Positions 12,900 through 24,200 of a stretch of DNA of 64,000 nucleotides are shown here, in pieces. The notes beneath the pieces are model-generated. The model was not told the DNA's origin. It searched no databases and was given only the letters and a program-made list of their open reading frames with translations. The first letter of the stretch is position 1. Each line of letters opens with the position of its first letter. The stretch lies in contig JBLDXI010000015.1 of the NCBI GenBank assembly GCA_047495785.1, positions 1,426,001 through 1,490,000 of the forward strand, read 5' to 3'. Source of the stretch: Lepidodermella squamata. Taxonomy: Eukaryota; Animalia; Gastrotricha. The position numbers and the translations under genes are program-made.

Positions 12900-13592
12900 A
12901 TGATCATTCGTGTCGAAGGAAATGCGGACTTTCGTCGAGTCGAAGAGATTACCCGAGATGCATTTTGGAATTTGTATCGCCCTGGAGCAGATGAGCATTA
13001 TTTGGTTCATATACTGCGCAGCAGGCCTGAGTTTATACCCGAGCTCAGCCTTGTGGCAGTTGACGATGATGGTCAGATAATTGGCAGTATTCTCTACACC
13101 AGGACTGCTGTCAAGAGTGCAGATGGTAACTGCCACGAGACCATTACGTTCGGTCCTGTTTCAGTCTCACCGTCACATCAAAAGCACGGAGTTGGTTCCA
13201 AGCTTATCAAGGAGTCTTTGACCAAGGCCACCGCGATGGGTTTTAAAGCTGTTGTAATTATGGGCTACCCTGGTTATTACGAGCGCTTTGGTTTTGAAAA
13301 CGGTGAGAAGTTCGGTATCGCGTATTCTGATGGCAGTCATCCAATAGCTTTACAAGTATTGGAGCTGCAAAAGGGAGCTCTTACAGGCATTAACGGAAAT
13401 TATTATGAGAGCGAAGTTTTCAACACTGATGCGGAACAAGTGGCTGAGTTTGACAAGAATTTTCCGGAAAAGCGCAAATATGTTACCTACAGCCAAAAGG
13501 CATTTGATATAACAAGCTCACTGCAGAACGGCGACCCTGTGCCGCCAGAGCTGGCAAAATGGGCACACTGCTTAGACGAAGTAAACAAGTGA
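12900..13592 (+). CDS. GNAT N-acetyltransferase of bacterial YhbS-like type, intronless
   Basis: ITRDAFWNLYRPGADEHYLVHILR, FIPELSLVA, TFGPVSVSPSHQKHGVGSKLI (acetyl-CoA motif A) and GYPGYYERFGF. Confidence 0.9.
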   Translation: MIIRVEGNADFRRVEEITRDAFWNLYRPGADEHYLVHILRSRPEFIPELSLVAVDDDGQIIGSILYTRTAVKSADGNCHETITFGPVSVSPSHQKHGVGSKLIKESLTKATAMGFKAVVIMGYPGYYERFGFENGEKFGIAYSDGSHPIALQVLELQKGALTGINGNYYESEVFNTDAEQVAEFDKNFPEKRKYVTYSQKAFDITSSLQNGDPVPPELAKWAHCLDEVNK

Positions 13593-13842
13593 ATAAGCCA
13601 CAATCGTACTTTCTGAGCCCAAGGTTCGTTTTTTCGCAATGTCGACTTTAATTTAGTTAATCCAATGGTATATTTCATCTAGGTTCATGTTAATTGTTAC
13701 GCCGCTGTGATTTGTGATCGAAGAATTTCGAAGCGGATTCGGATGTTTTAAACGGTTATTGTGATATCATATTCTTTCAATGGACACCAATATATTCCTG
13801 TTATTCAGGAGTCACATTTTATTTTAAAGAAACTGTTTTGAT

Positions 13843-15389
13843 TCAGAAGAAAAAATGTTGAACAATATTTGGCGTACCGGGCTGATAACAATTGCCCAAT
13901 TTGTTTCTCAGATCATTTCTTTCGGAATAAAACGTTGATGTTGACGATCCTATCGTTTCTTTCCGTTCCCACAATTTCTCACACAGGTTTTGCAGACCGA
14001 TTTTGTGATTGCCGCCATCAGTTATCTTGTAACTTCGCTGCCAGGCGTAGTAAGGCGAGACAAGCTCAGACTGGCCAGTGTTGCTCGATAGAGTTTGGAG
14101 TAATTCTACGACAGAATCCGTGTTAGACAAAGAACTAGCGTCAATATAAGCACCGGGTGGAAGATAGTCGTTTAAATTTGAACTAGCACCATTGAACAGC
14201 ACCGGAATAACTCCGTAATTGAAATTCATCTAAATATAAGGAAAATAGACGGCTGCATAGAAACTAGAAGGACACCACTCACCGACATAGCTTTGAACGC
14301 TTCCTGTAGGTAATCATCGCAGTACGCATCCTCGAAGGCCATGTAGAACCGATAATCAGCAAGTTTCTCGAGCGCGATTGGCGTTTTATCTGTGGCGCCT
14401 TCACACGGGCCAAAAATATCAATTTCGACGCCCTTTTTGCGCAGCTTGTTGATCAAATTCTCCCGGCCACTTGGTGTTCTATTGCAAAAAATGGGAAAAT
14501 GATTAATTTTTTTTTACAAATATGCTTACAATTATTCCAATTTTTTTCTCTCAAAATTAATTGAGAAAAGAATGGTTAAAAATTTGATTTTTTTCATGAA
14601 TTGGGGATAGCCGATATTTTCAGGATTATTAAAACAAAAATCAACATGCTGGCTTGAATAAAAATTTTAAACTGAAACTTACACGCAATTCTCACCCGTG
14701 AACCACACACCCTTATTCGGCCGGCGGAAAAACGTGCTGATGAAAAATTCGATTTTCCTATTCATTTCCAAAATTTGATCACCCTGCTGTTGCGCGACGT
14801 TGCCGATCGGGTAGGCAACATCAGCCTTTGACGAATAGCCCATCGTTAAATTGAAATTCAACACATTCAACATTTCCCATCGATGCGCGTCCATGCCGCT
14901 GTGAACCGGCGAATCGAGGCTGAAATAGACCCATTGCTGCCAGTGGCACCGCTGGCCAGGCGTTTCTTCAAAATCGACGTCTCGCCCGTGAAAAATCAGC
15001 GCATCAGCACTGGCGTACGGCGCTCGGCTGACGGAGAAAATGCAATTTTTACCGCTGGCTGATTTTAAAATAGGCGACTTCAGGCCGTGAAAAATCGCCG
15101 ACCAATCAGCGTCGCCGTTGTAGGGTGTCCACATGACGACGAGAAGCGGGCGCGTACTATCTTGGCCATTGATGGGCGGCTGTAATTTTTCGCACGTTGT
15201 TATCGGCGCGGTGTAACGCGGCGCGGATTTGCGGCGAATCGACACGAACAGACCGAGGCAAATGCATGATACGAAAGTCCATGTGAATAGAGTGGCGAGA
15301 GTGTTTCGCCGGCGTTTGATACTGATTATCATGGTGAGGTTGTTGCTTATAGCTGCGAGATATTTCTGTCGAGTGTTGTGGTGTCGCAT
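13843..15389 (-). CDS. Alpha-1,3-fucosyltransferase-like (GT10) type II membrane protein; exons 15389-14683, 14478-14283, 14229-13843
   Basis: N-terminal TM segment, ADALIFHGRD, QQWVYFSLDSP, FNLTMGYSSKADV, YRFYMAFEDAYCDDY, VIPV, LPPGAYID and YYAWQ. GT-AG joins keep the frame. Confidence 0.85.
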
Positions 15390-16026
15390 AGCGATACCAA
15401 TGTGTTAGCGCGGGATTTCGAGGGCGATTACGCGTCTGCGTTGCGCGTTTTTAAGCTGCTGGGTAAATAGCATGGGGTCACCTGTTGGGTCATTGAAGTG
15501 GATGTTACTCCTGAGGTTATTCAAACTCTTGAAACCCCTATTACTCAAACCAAAATGAAAATCAAGATTTGAAAATAAAAAAGTTGTCGAGGGTGTAGAT
15601 CTTGTGAGGAATACAACCAAAGAAGGACTAACTTGCGCGAGCCAGGCGACCATGCGTAGTTTTCTTGAGGTAACTTTTTTGCCTTGATGAATTTGAGGAC
15701 AATTTGTAGATATTCGGAAAGCTCGCTTCAAACTGCAGTCGCCTATTTTGTGTATTTCGAATTTTAGAAAAAGGGATGGGAACGTTCAAATGCTTTAAAA
15801 AACAAGCAACAATGACCCTTTTTCCGGAGCTGAATGAAAAATTAATATGAGTATATTTTGAAAATAAATACACGGGCGATACGATCTTGAGGCGAACTTT
15901 CCAAATCTGTAAACAGTTTCCGAAAATTCCCCAAAATTCCCACAAAAAAGTTACCGCCGGATTAAAACACCCCGCTTTTTGAGGTGACAAAATAACACGC
16001 GCGCTGGTTGCACAATGGGTCCTCGT

Positions 16027-17012
16027 CATAGAGCTAGTTTTAAGATAAAGGTCCTACTCCTGACTAAGGCTGCAAACGCCATGGGCACCAGATGTTGTGA
16101 TGAATCAGCATCGAGTGGTTGGAAAAGTAAACAAATCAGGTGATTTTTCCATTGCCGATATTTCATTCATGAAAATTTCCTTGATAAAAAACTTGGTGGT
16201 GCCAGATAGTGCCTTAAATGGTGAACATTGCCATTATTTTTTCGAAATTTTCAGAGAAATACAAAGGAGTAAAATCGCGAAAAAACAATTTTGCGATTTC
16301 AGATAAATCGACACTGCCTAATAATTAAATCGAAATTGAAGCATATTGCGAATAGGGTGGGTGATTCTGATCAAGCTCTACATTTTGATGCTTGGAGCGA
16401 GCTTGGAAGATTTTTTCATGATTTTCTATGATTTTATGAATTATTCCACTTGGTTTTTTACATTACAAAATGGAGATAGCCGGTTGGATTCTATCCAGAA
16501 TCTTTGTTGACAGCACGTGCGCCATGTGCACATGGTGTGGCTGGATTGAGCCCGGAGCTGGATCAGAGTCAAAATGTAGTGAAAAACCATTCATTCAATG
16601 AATAAAAAATTCTAGAAAATCTGAAAAAAATCTTCCAAGCTCGCTCCAAGCATCAAAATGTAGAGCGTGATCAGAATTACCTGGTCCATTAAAAAACCCT
16701 TCAATTTCACCTTCTTATTGGCAGTTGTCATATTTTATTAATTGATCGATTTCATTTTTTGCGATTTTCCCCCATTTCAAAAATAGTTAAAATTTCGAAA
16801 AAATAATCAATGTGTTCATCGTTTCAAGAGCTACCTGGATCTGCCGGGAATTGTTTACTATGACTAATCGTTCAAGAATAATGAGCGATCGAAAATCACC
16901 CGATTTGTTTACTTTTCCAACCACTCGATGCTGATTCATCACAACATCTGGTGCCCATGGCGTTTACAGCCTTAGTCAGGAGTAGGACCTCTATCTTAAA
17001 ACTAGCTCTATG
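16027..17012. mobile_element. 986-bp non-autonomous foldback DNA transposon (CATAGAG termini, 8-bp TSD; P-superfamily-like, hAT not excluded)
   Basis: About 120-bp near-perfect terminal inverted repeats and further inverted blocks inside. GTCCTCGT is duplicated at 16019-16026 and 17013-17020. Confidence 0.9.
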
Positions 17013-17612
17013 GTCCTCGTCCTCCTGTTAGCATGAGACGTAGCTAGGACGCCGCAGCTGGGCTTTTTACGAGAAAAAAGTGAAATGAGAGATAATGAGG
17101 TCGAAGGTCGCGTTTTGAAAATATTGGAAAATATTTGAAAATTTGGCGCCAGATGTTGTGATGAAACTGCTGATTTCGAGAAAAAAGAGTCTTTCATACG
17201 CCGTAAGTGCTACTTTGCAAGTGAAAAGATGAAACCATAGATCAATTTTAGAAAATCATGATTTTTATTGCTTCGGTAAATATTTTCACTATCACAAGGG
17301 TAAAGCTGAGCAAATCGGACAAAAATCGTCAAAAATAAAACAGAAAATAATTAGTCTTTTTGAATTGCTTTAGACTTGATAAGGAGGATGCGGCAAATTT
17401 TTCGCGATAAAATCTCACGGTTCTTCATTCTTGAATCTTCTTCAGTTCCAACTTCGATAAATTTCCTTATAAATTGAAAATAGGACCAGGTAAAATTGAA
17501 AAATCCGGCAGAAGCTCCCGCCAACAGAACATTTTCCATCACAAATTTTCAAGTAAATAAATTGATAACAAATCTAAATAAATCGAATTTTAACGTGACC
17601 AGGGCCAAGTTC

Positions 17613-18018
17613 AGGTCCCTACGTCTCATGCCTGTTAGCGGAACCAAATGTACATGAGCGGAACCAAATATGCCGTAGCGGAACCAAATTTGCAGCTAGC
17701 GGAACCAAATTTTGGAATTTTATAGTAGCCTGAAATTGCTTTTTGGATATTTCTTGCAGGTCAAGATTGGCCACAATAATTCTAGAAAATTCACCAGTGA
17801 GTTAAGCGCAAAATTCTCTATAATACGAAGTGTTCATTTCAAAATTCATGCTCAGCCTAATTTTCGTAGAAATATTCAAAAAATGCATTTTTGCATATTT
17901 CGACTTTGGTTCCGCAAAAAGCAAATTTGGTTCCGCTACAGCATATTTAGTTCCGCAACAGCAAATTAGGTTCCGCTCACCGTAAATTTGGTTCCGCTAA
18001 AAGATAAAAGATAGGCCC
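17613..18018. mobile_element. MITE family A, fullest copy, with 21-bp-period subterminal repeats
   Basis: Four direct AGCGGAACCAAAT units at 17637-17712 and five inverted TT(T/A)GGTTCCGC-like units at 17905-18000. Confidence 0.8.
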
Positions 18019-18135
18019 ATACTGTTACGCACAAGCGCACGCAAGTTTGTCCTCCTTAAGTATTCCTACAAGGTGCAGATGCCGCTTTTCAAAAAATTTA
18101 ATAACAAATTTGATCAAGTATAAATCTAGTCAAAC

Positions 18136-18260
18136 GACACATGCACTCGTCTCCCATTTCAGCGCACGGGTACAGGCATGCTCCGCTGACTAAGTATATC
18201 CAAGAAAAGTCATTGTTGTTGTGCATTAGGAGGTTTACTTTTATTAGGGCCAACTAAGGT
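18136..18260 (-). pseudogene. Relic copy of exon 2 (and preceding intron) of the Cys-rich precursor at 19873-20341
   Basis: ag|TCAGCGGAGCATGCCTGTACCCGTGCGCTGAAATGGGAGACGAGTGCATGTGTC|gt encodes SGACLYPCAEMGDECMC and is nearly identical to 20117-20064. Confidence 0.7.
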
Positions 18261-18329
18261 CATTTTCAATTTTTGCCCAACGACCAAAAGCAATCGGCAC
18301 CTTATCGGCCATGTAAAAACTAGAACTGC

Positions 18330-18540
18330 CTGCCAGTACCGCATCTGGCTTGCCAGCCTTACGGGGTCTATGCGAGCGACGTGCCCGTACCAGCGAAGTT
18401 GACGCACAGCAATTGTGAATCTAAATTGTTCCGAGCCACACATATTTCTAACGGGCTCAGTACGAATTTTACTCGCTTAGACAGCCTTGCCTCAGCCCAG
18501 GTAAGGGGCTATTCGATCGGCCATGAGCTATATGAATCTA
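18330..18540 (-). mobile_element. RTE-type non-LTR retrotransposon fragment (region C-terminal to RT)
   Basis: KIRTEPVRNMCG...IAVRQLRWYGHVARIDPVRLASQMRYW matches the R-x-LRW-x-GHV-x-R motif. Stops occur upstream. Confidence 0.7.
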
Positions 18541-19086
18541 GAGTTACCTATGTATCCATTTCAGATGTTACTGATGTGTATTGTTTTTAGCGACCGATTG
18601 ACATCGAATGAGGTGCTCAGAAGTTGGGAAGCGAGTTGAAGCAAGGGCTCGAATCCACGCCATGAAACAATTATTTTTCATGTGGGAATACAGAAGTCGA
18701 ATTTACTCGAGCCTTATTCTCTTATTATTAACCTGGATGCAGCGTCATTTTACTAGTATGTAGGTTTACGGGCATTTTGCGTCTTACTTCGCGGGAGAAA
18801 TTTTCTATAATATACTACACTTATAATAATAATAATAAAATGACGGAACGACCTTAGTTTTTTCATGCATCATCGAGGCATCCAGGTATTTGCAGCTGAA
18901 ATAATGGGAGGCAGACATAACACACAGAAATTCGACATCAATCATTGGCAGATGTTTGAATCATAAGACGGAGAGATCAAAGAAATTGCTTGTCATCTAG
19001 CCGTTAAATATCACTATCGCAGTCGTGCTACTTCATTGTTTCGTTTCAATTAAACATTTTTAATTAAATTAATTTCACTCAATTCA

Positions 19087-19365
19087 ATGGCAACCACTGG
19101 CAATATCGCGATTTTCTTGGTTTTCGCCGTTATGCTGGCTAGTGCAGCCGCTTATATTCCGAAAGGTTACGAACTTGTACCGGGCGGCTGTGACGGAATT
19201 ATTGGCACGTACTCAGCCCAGACCGCGGACGATTGTAACAAGCTTTGCGTTCAAAAAGGCTGCAGTGGTTTCCTGTTCTATCCCGGGTCCTGTTCGCCCT
19301 ACAAGAAGTGCAGTACCAGCTATGGGAAAAAGCCAGGCCTTCTTTTCTACAGAAAAAGCGGCTAA
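19087..19365 (+). CDS. Small secreted single PAN/apple-domain protein
   Basis: Signal peptide (IAIFLVFAVMLASAAA), then GGC...TADDCNKLCVQKGCSGFLFYPGSCSPYKKC...LFYRK, which is PAN-type Cys spacing. Confidence 0.75.
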   Translation: MATTGNIAIFLVFAVMLASAAAYIPKGYELVPGGCDGIIGTYSAQTADDCNKLCVQKGCSGFLFYPGSCSPYKKCSTSYGKKPGLLFYRKSG

Positions 19366-19872
19366 ATTGGAATATGTGGGTGCCACGGCGATGCGCAGCT
19401 GAGAGTTCCACATCAGTGGGAAGTTGAGAATTAGAGATGATTGTGGAAATTGGATTTGTGCTAAATAAATCAGTCGCAATTGAGGCCAGCTATTGTTGCA
19501 TTTGCCCCGCCTCGAATTCTCGAGTTCTGGTTTCGTATAAAAATGTGTATTGACAATTCAAGGTTTTGACTTGCCCCCCTCACCCCCTGATTCTCACCCC
19601 CTGATTCGGCCAAATACTGAGGGCAAGTTTGATTCATGTGCATTCAATAAATTTCAAAGTCGATTAGAACTTCCGTGAGAAAATCAACGAAGAAGGTGAT
19701 TTATTAATATCATTTATTATTTTATAATAAATTTGATTAAGCATAAACAACGAGCGCTGGTATTGTGCTCAAGGATCTATTCGGATGATTTTTGGAGCTG
19801 CGAGAAGACCGTGTAATCGCCGTTATTAACATTTAATTAATTAATTAATTTAATTAATCAACATTTAACTGA

Positions 19873-20341
19873 TTAAGGCCAGTTAGGAGATGGCATGCAC
19901 TGACTGCCATGGCAGTATTCAAAGGGCTCGCGACATCCATAGGGGCAGCCCCACGAATATCTTCCCTTCTCCCTAGTGGGAATCCTCCGTTTTCGACGAT
20001 TTGGCGTATACGCTGTAACAATTATCCTTAGCACCTGAATGAAAGCGAATCGGAGTAACTCACGGCACAGGCATTCGTCTCCCATTTCAGCGCAAGGGTA
20101 CAAGCATGCTCCGCTGACTGTAACCAATAAAATTCGTTGTTTTAGCGCTGTAGGAGCTCGTTCGAGCTCGTTTACCTTTAGTTGGGCAGAAGCAGAGAGA
20201 TCCAGATGGGCTGCAGTGCTCCGGACAACTAATCGATCCCACAGTTTGTCCCGAGATCGCTGCGAATGATGCGAGATGAAACAGAAATAGCAGTAGCAAC
20301 ATCTTGGAAATGCTCAAATACCGTATTCCCGGACCATTCAT
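19873..20341 (-). CDS. Secreted Cys-rich peptide precursor 1; exons 20341(or 20302)-20176, 20117-20064, 20012-19873
   Basis: Spliced product: MLLLLFLFHLASFAAISGQTVGSISCPEHCSPSGSLCFCPTKVSGACLYPCAEMGDECLCPYTPNRRKRRIPTREKGRYSWGCPYGCREPFEYCHGSQCMPSPNWP. Two phase-1 GT-AG introns. Confidence 0.75.
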
Positions 20342-20567
20342 ACGAAGTTCAGAGCTAATTCGAATTCAGCCCACGGCTGCTCAACAATCTGGTCTAGACT
20401 TGAAGTCATCAACGATCAGCTTTACAATGAATCATGCAATGCTAAGTTCGTTGAGGGAATTCTACTTGGCTTCCAGGGTCAAACTATGCACGATCAATCA
20501 GTGAACACAAAAACGAAAACAATATTTCTCCGCATTGGATCATAATTTATTTGAATCTCTGAAACAA

Positions 20568-21141
20568 TTATCGCGGGTTGGTGGCATCATCGTCACCTTT
20601 ATTCTTGCGGCTAATAACACTCGCAACACATTTGCCACGCTTGCAATACGTGTTTTTTCCGCACATGTTGTTACAGGCATCTTTGATGGCAATCCTGAGA
20701 GAACGGCCTCGGTTATTCTTTGCTTCACATTCGCCTTTCACGCAGCGCTCTTCAGTTTTGCACCCCTTTCGGCATCCTGCAGCAATATCTTCACGGCGCT
20801 TCTCCGTCTCCTCTTCAGCTTTCAAAACAAAATTTGGAGTTTTGTTGGATTCTTTAGGGTTAAGCTTAACTTACAACACCAGCATATGTCCCGGTAGTTG
20901 ATGCAAGGATCTAGACAGGATCCCTTTTTAGCTTGAGGAAAGTGACATCGTAATGACTCGTAAAATCTTGAATGCAAAACTTACGGATTGCAGAGGGGCA
21001 CAAACAATTATCAGGTTTGAACAAGTTGGAACAAGGTGCTTTGCATGCTGACGGCTCATCATGGTCTCTTGCTTCACCGACACAAGCATGTCCTATAATC
21101 GCTGCAGCGATAAGGAGGTAACCTTGCTTGAAAGATTCCAT
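20568..21141 (-). CDS. Secreted Cys-rich peptide precursor 2; exons 21141-20985, 20910-20875, 20818-20568
   Basis: Signal peptide, CKAPCSNLFKPDNCLCP, HPCINYRDICWC, EKRR, then two C-x3-C-x5-C-x4-C modules. Two phase-1 GT-AG introns. Confidence 0.75.
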
Positions 21142-21287
21142 TTTCCGATCTCACCGAGACGTGATTCCTTCTAAAAGAACACTGCTTTGATTTTTCATTT
21201 ATTATTCACGGCACGGATAAAGTCTAGACTGAATGTCGTTAAAATTTATTTAGTCAATCACTGGCGTGTTTGAAAAAAACTTTGGCC

Positions 21288-24200
21288 TCAACTCAAGTTA
21301 TAAATGCGTTTCGTGTAATACACTTCGCCATATGGCATCCTATAGGATTGAGCTTGTTGTTCCTGGTCCTGATTCCGCCGGTAAACAACAGGCGGAAGTT
21401 CTTCACACGGTATCCTCATAAGTTGGCAAACTCGCGTAAACACGTTATGAGTGAACCCGGAGCAGGGTGTCTGCACCTCGAGGAGGCACTTGTTACGGCA
21501 GGCGTAGAAGTTATGATCGGTGTAAGTTGTGCCGTAATTATTCGGTGTGCATCGAGCAGGGACTGATTGAAATATCGAAACAATGTTAACATTCGCACCA
21601 GCCGCCCATAGCTCCTTCTCATTTATTGTTTTCATAGTCGAAACTTGTCGCTTTGTCGTGCCAGTTTGCATCGCAACTTCTTTCCGTACAATCTCGCCCC
21701 AAGATTCATCGTCCAGGGCTGGTGGTGGAGTGCGGGGAAGCGTATCTTTCGGCTGTTCGCATGACGACCGGCAAGACGCTAGTGTTTTGAAATTGTTAGC
21801 AGTTCCGCCACAGCCGCGGTACATAAACATTTGGCAGACTTTCAGATAAGGATCGTAGTAAAACCGCCACTCGTTGGAGCCCTCGCAAAAATAGCCCGGG
21901 TCTCTGCCTTCTCCGCATCGTGGCTCTACAACGAAGTACAAGTCAGCTTGGGACCTTCAGCAATCGAAAATATTACCTTGAGAAGACTTCTTTGGAGGAA
22001 AGAAAGTGTAGTGAACGTTTGACGGATTTTCCTCAATATTGTCCTGCATCATGCTACCAGGTCTGCTGAAAATCGGAAATCTCGTAGAGGGATTACCCCA
22101 ACTTGGCAGCGGATCGGTTTCTTGTTTCTACGTAGACAAATTTCAACAGTCTTCAGGAGTTCCAATACCTATTATAAATCTTCTTACCACCGGGATAAAG
22201 GCATTGGCGTTTTCGCCAGAAATCTTGTTGTTGCCTTTAACTTGCTCTTCAGTTGTCAGGGCCGTCGTTGCCGGTGGACGGGTAGAAGTTGGGGGATTGA
22301 ACTGAGTTTAACGGATTAAAAAAAGTTTAATTAAAAGGAAAAAAAACTGACTGTGGTAATCGCTGGCAGCGTAGTAGTAGTAGTACTCCTCCGCTGAGGG
22401 GTAACCCGACTAGTTGTGGTAGTCGGAGTAGTCGTGGAAGTTGTAGGAACAGTAGTAGTTGTCGTAGTTCTCCTTCTTGTCGAGGGCTATTTGCAGAGAG
22501 CTTAATTTAACCCAATTTATTATAAAGTTATAATTAAAGACCCGCGTTGTCGAGGTCTGGGTTGTTGTAGTTGGTTCCGTCGTGGTACTTGCAGTGGTTG
22601 TCGTGCTAGTCGTGCTATCAGACGTTGTAGTTGTAGGGGTTGCCGTTGCCGTTGTCGTTGTCGTCGTAGTGGTGGTTCTCTAGTGGTGAAATCGTCTTAG
22701 AAAAGGCAGAATCAAACCACTTCAAGAATCGCTTACTCGTGGACGCAAGCTTCCTTGCGAAATAGTGATGATCTGTAGCCCATCGGTCCTGGGCACTTCT
22801 GGTGTAGTCGCGGTAGTTTGTAACCGCTCTGGTGTAGTAGTTGTGGTTGTAGTAGTAGTTGTGGTAGTTGCAGCGGGTGTAGTTGTCGAAGTTGATGTCC
22901 TCGTATTGACCTTTAGAGAATATGAAGCGTATTAAATGCGGCTTCGGTTTTATAGTCCTACCCGTCTGGAGGAGGTCAAAATAAGAAAAGTAGAATCAGG
23001 TATTGACGGCATTGATTCCGTTTCGATTTTGGTTTCAAGCGTAGTCGTAGCATCTGTTACTGCCGTCGTGTTTGGCCGAAGCTGAGTAGACCTCTGAGTC
23101 GTAATCTTTTGGAATATAATTCATAGTATTCAGCTGTTAACGATTTTCAAGAGCTTACCCTCACTCTTCTAGCTGTAGTCGGCGGAACCGATGAAGCCGG
23201 GACCGTAGTTGTGGGTGTAGTTGCGGCAGCCGTGGTTGATCGAGTGATAAGCTGGTTAAAATGGAATTTCATAAAATTTCCTCCGAAATAGTTTTTACGA
23301 AATACTAACCCGCCTGGTCCGAACATTCGTAGGAACAATGGTTACAGGAGCTTCAACATCAGCGACAACGGATTGCATCTAATTTTTGAAGCACTAAATT
23401 AGATTCAGTTGATTACAATCCGAACGATAAATTACGCTGCTCAAGGTGGTTTGCGGGGTCGTGCTTGGCTTTGAGGCGACGTAGGCCATGAGCCTCGAAA
23501 AGAGAGCAGCTAGTTCTGCAGGGCTGATTGTTGATCGAGATTGATCCTAATCCAAATTGCTCAAGACTATTTGGTTCTAAGTAAATATTTTCTATACATT
23601 GTCAGGCGGGCTAAATTTCAGGATCTCTGGGGTGACTATCGGTTCAGCTGTTGTTGCGGGGAGGGCTGTCGTTGTTGTTGGCGTTGTTGCCGTAGTCACC
23701 TATTGAAATTGTAAAAAAATTTAAAACGATTGGTAAAATGAATTCTCACCCTTCTTGTCCTTGTTCTAGCAGAGGGTGTTATAACTGTCGTTGGAGCTTC
23801 TGTTGTCGGGGCAGCTGTTGTTGGCTGTGTTAAGGGTGCTGTAGTTGTTCGGTATCTAGCAGTTGTAGTCCTCTGAAACATACTTTTAATAACAAAGAGG
23901 CAAATAATTAATTTCAGTTCTACCATTCTAATAATTCTCTTGGTTGTTGGTTCTTCTGTGGCTGATGGCGCTGCAGTTGTTGTCTTTATTGGAATGATTT
24001 CTCGCTAGTTTGTGATAAAAAAATAACGGCTTAAATTGACACCAAAGAACGGACTACCTGCTCAATAGTCGGCTCTGTCGTGGTTGTTCTCGTAACTAGC
24101 TTTGCTCGAGAACAAGCTCGGTTACACTCAATAGGGCTCATGAATCGGTTTTCATTTCCACCAGAACCGGACCAAAAGAACAGCTGACAGTTTCGAGTGG

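Noticed and set aside
17637-17712. Regularly spaced AGCGGAACCAAAT repeats resembling a mini CRISPR array
   Set aside because: The repeat is 13 bp with 8-bp spacers, is mirrored in inverted form 200 bp away, and has no cas genes nearby in a eukaryotic context. These are MITE subterminal repeats.
18640-18665. B-box-like gggctcgaatcc suggesting a tRNA
   Set aside because: No cloverleaf or A box could be built.
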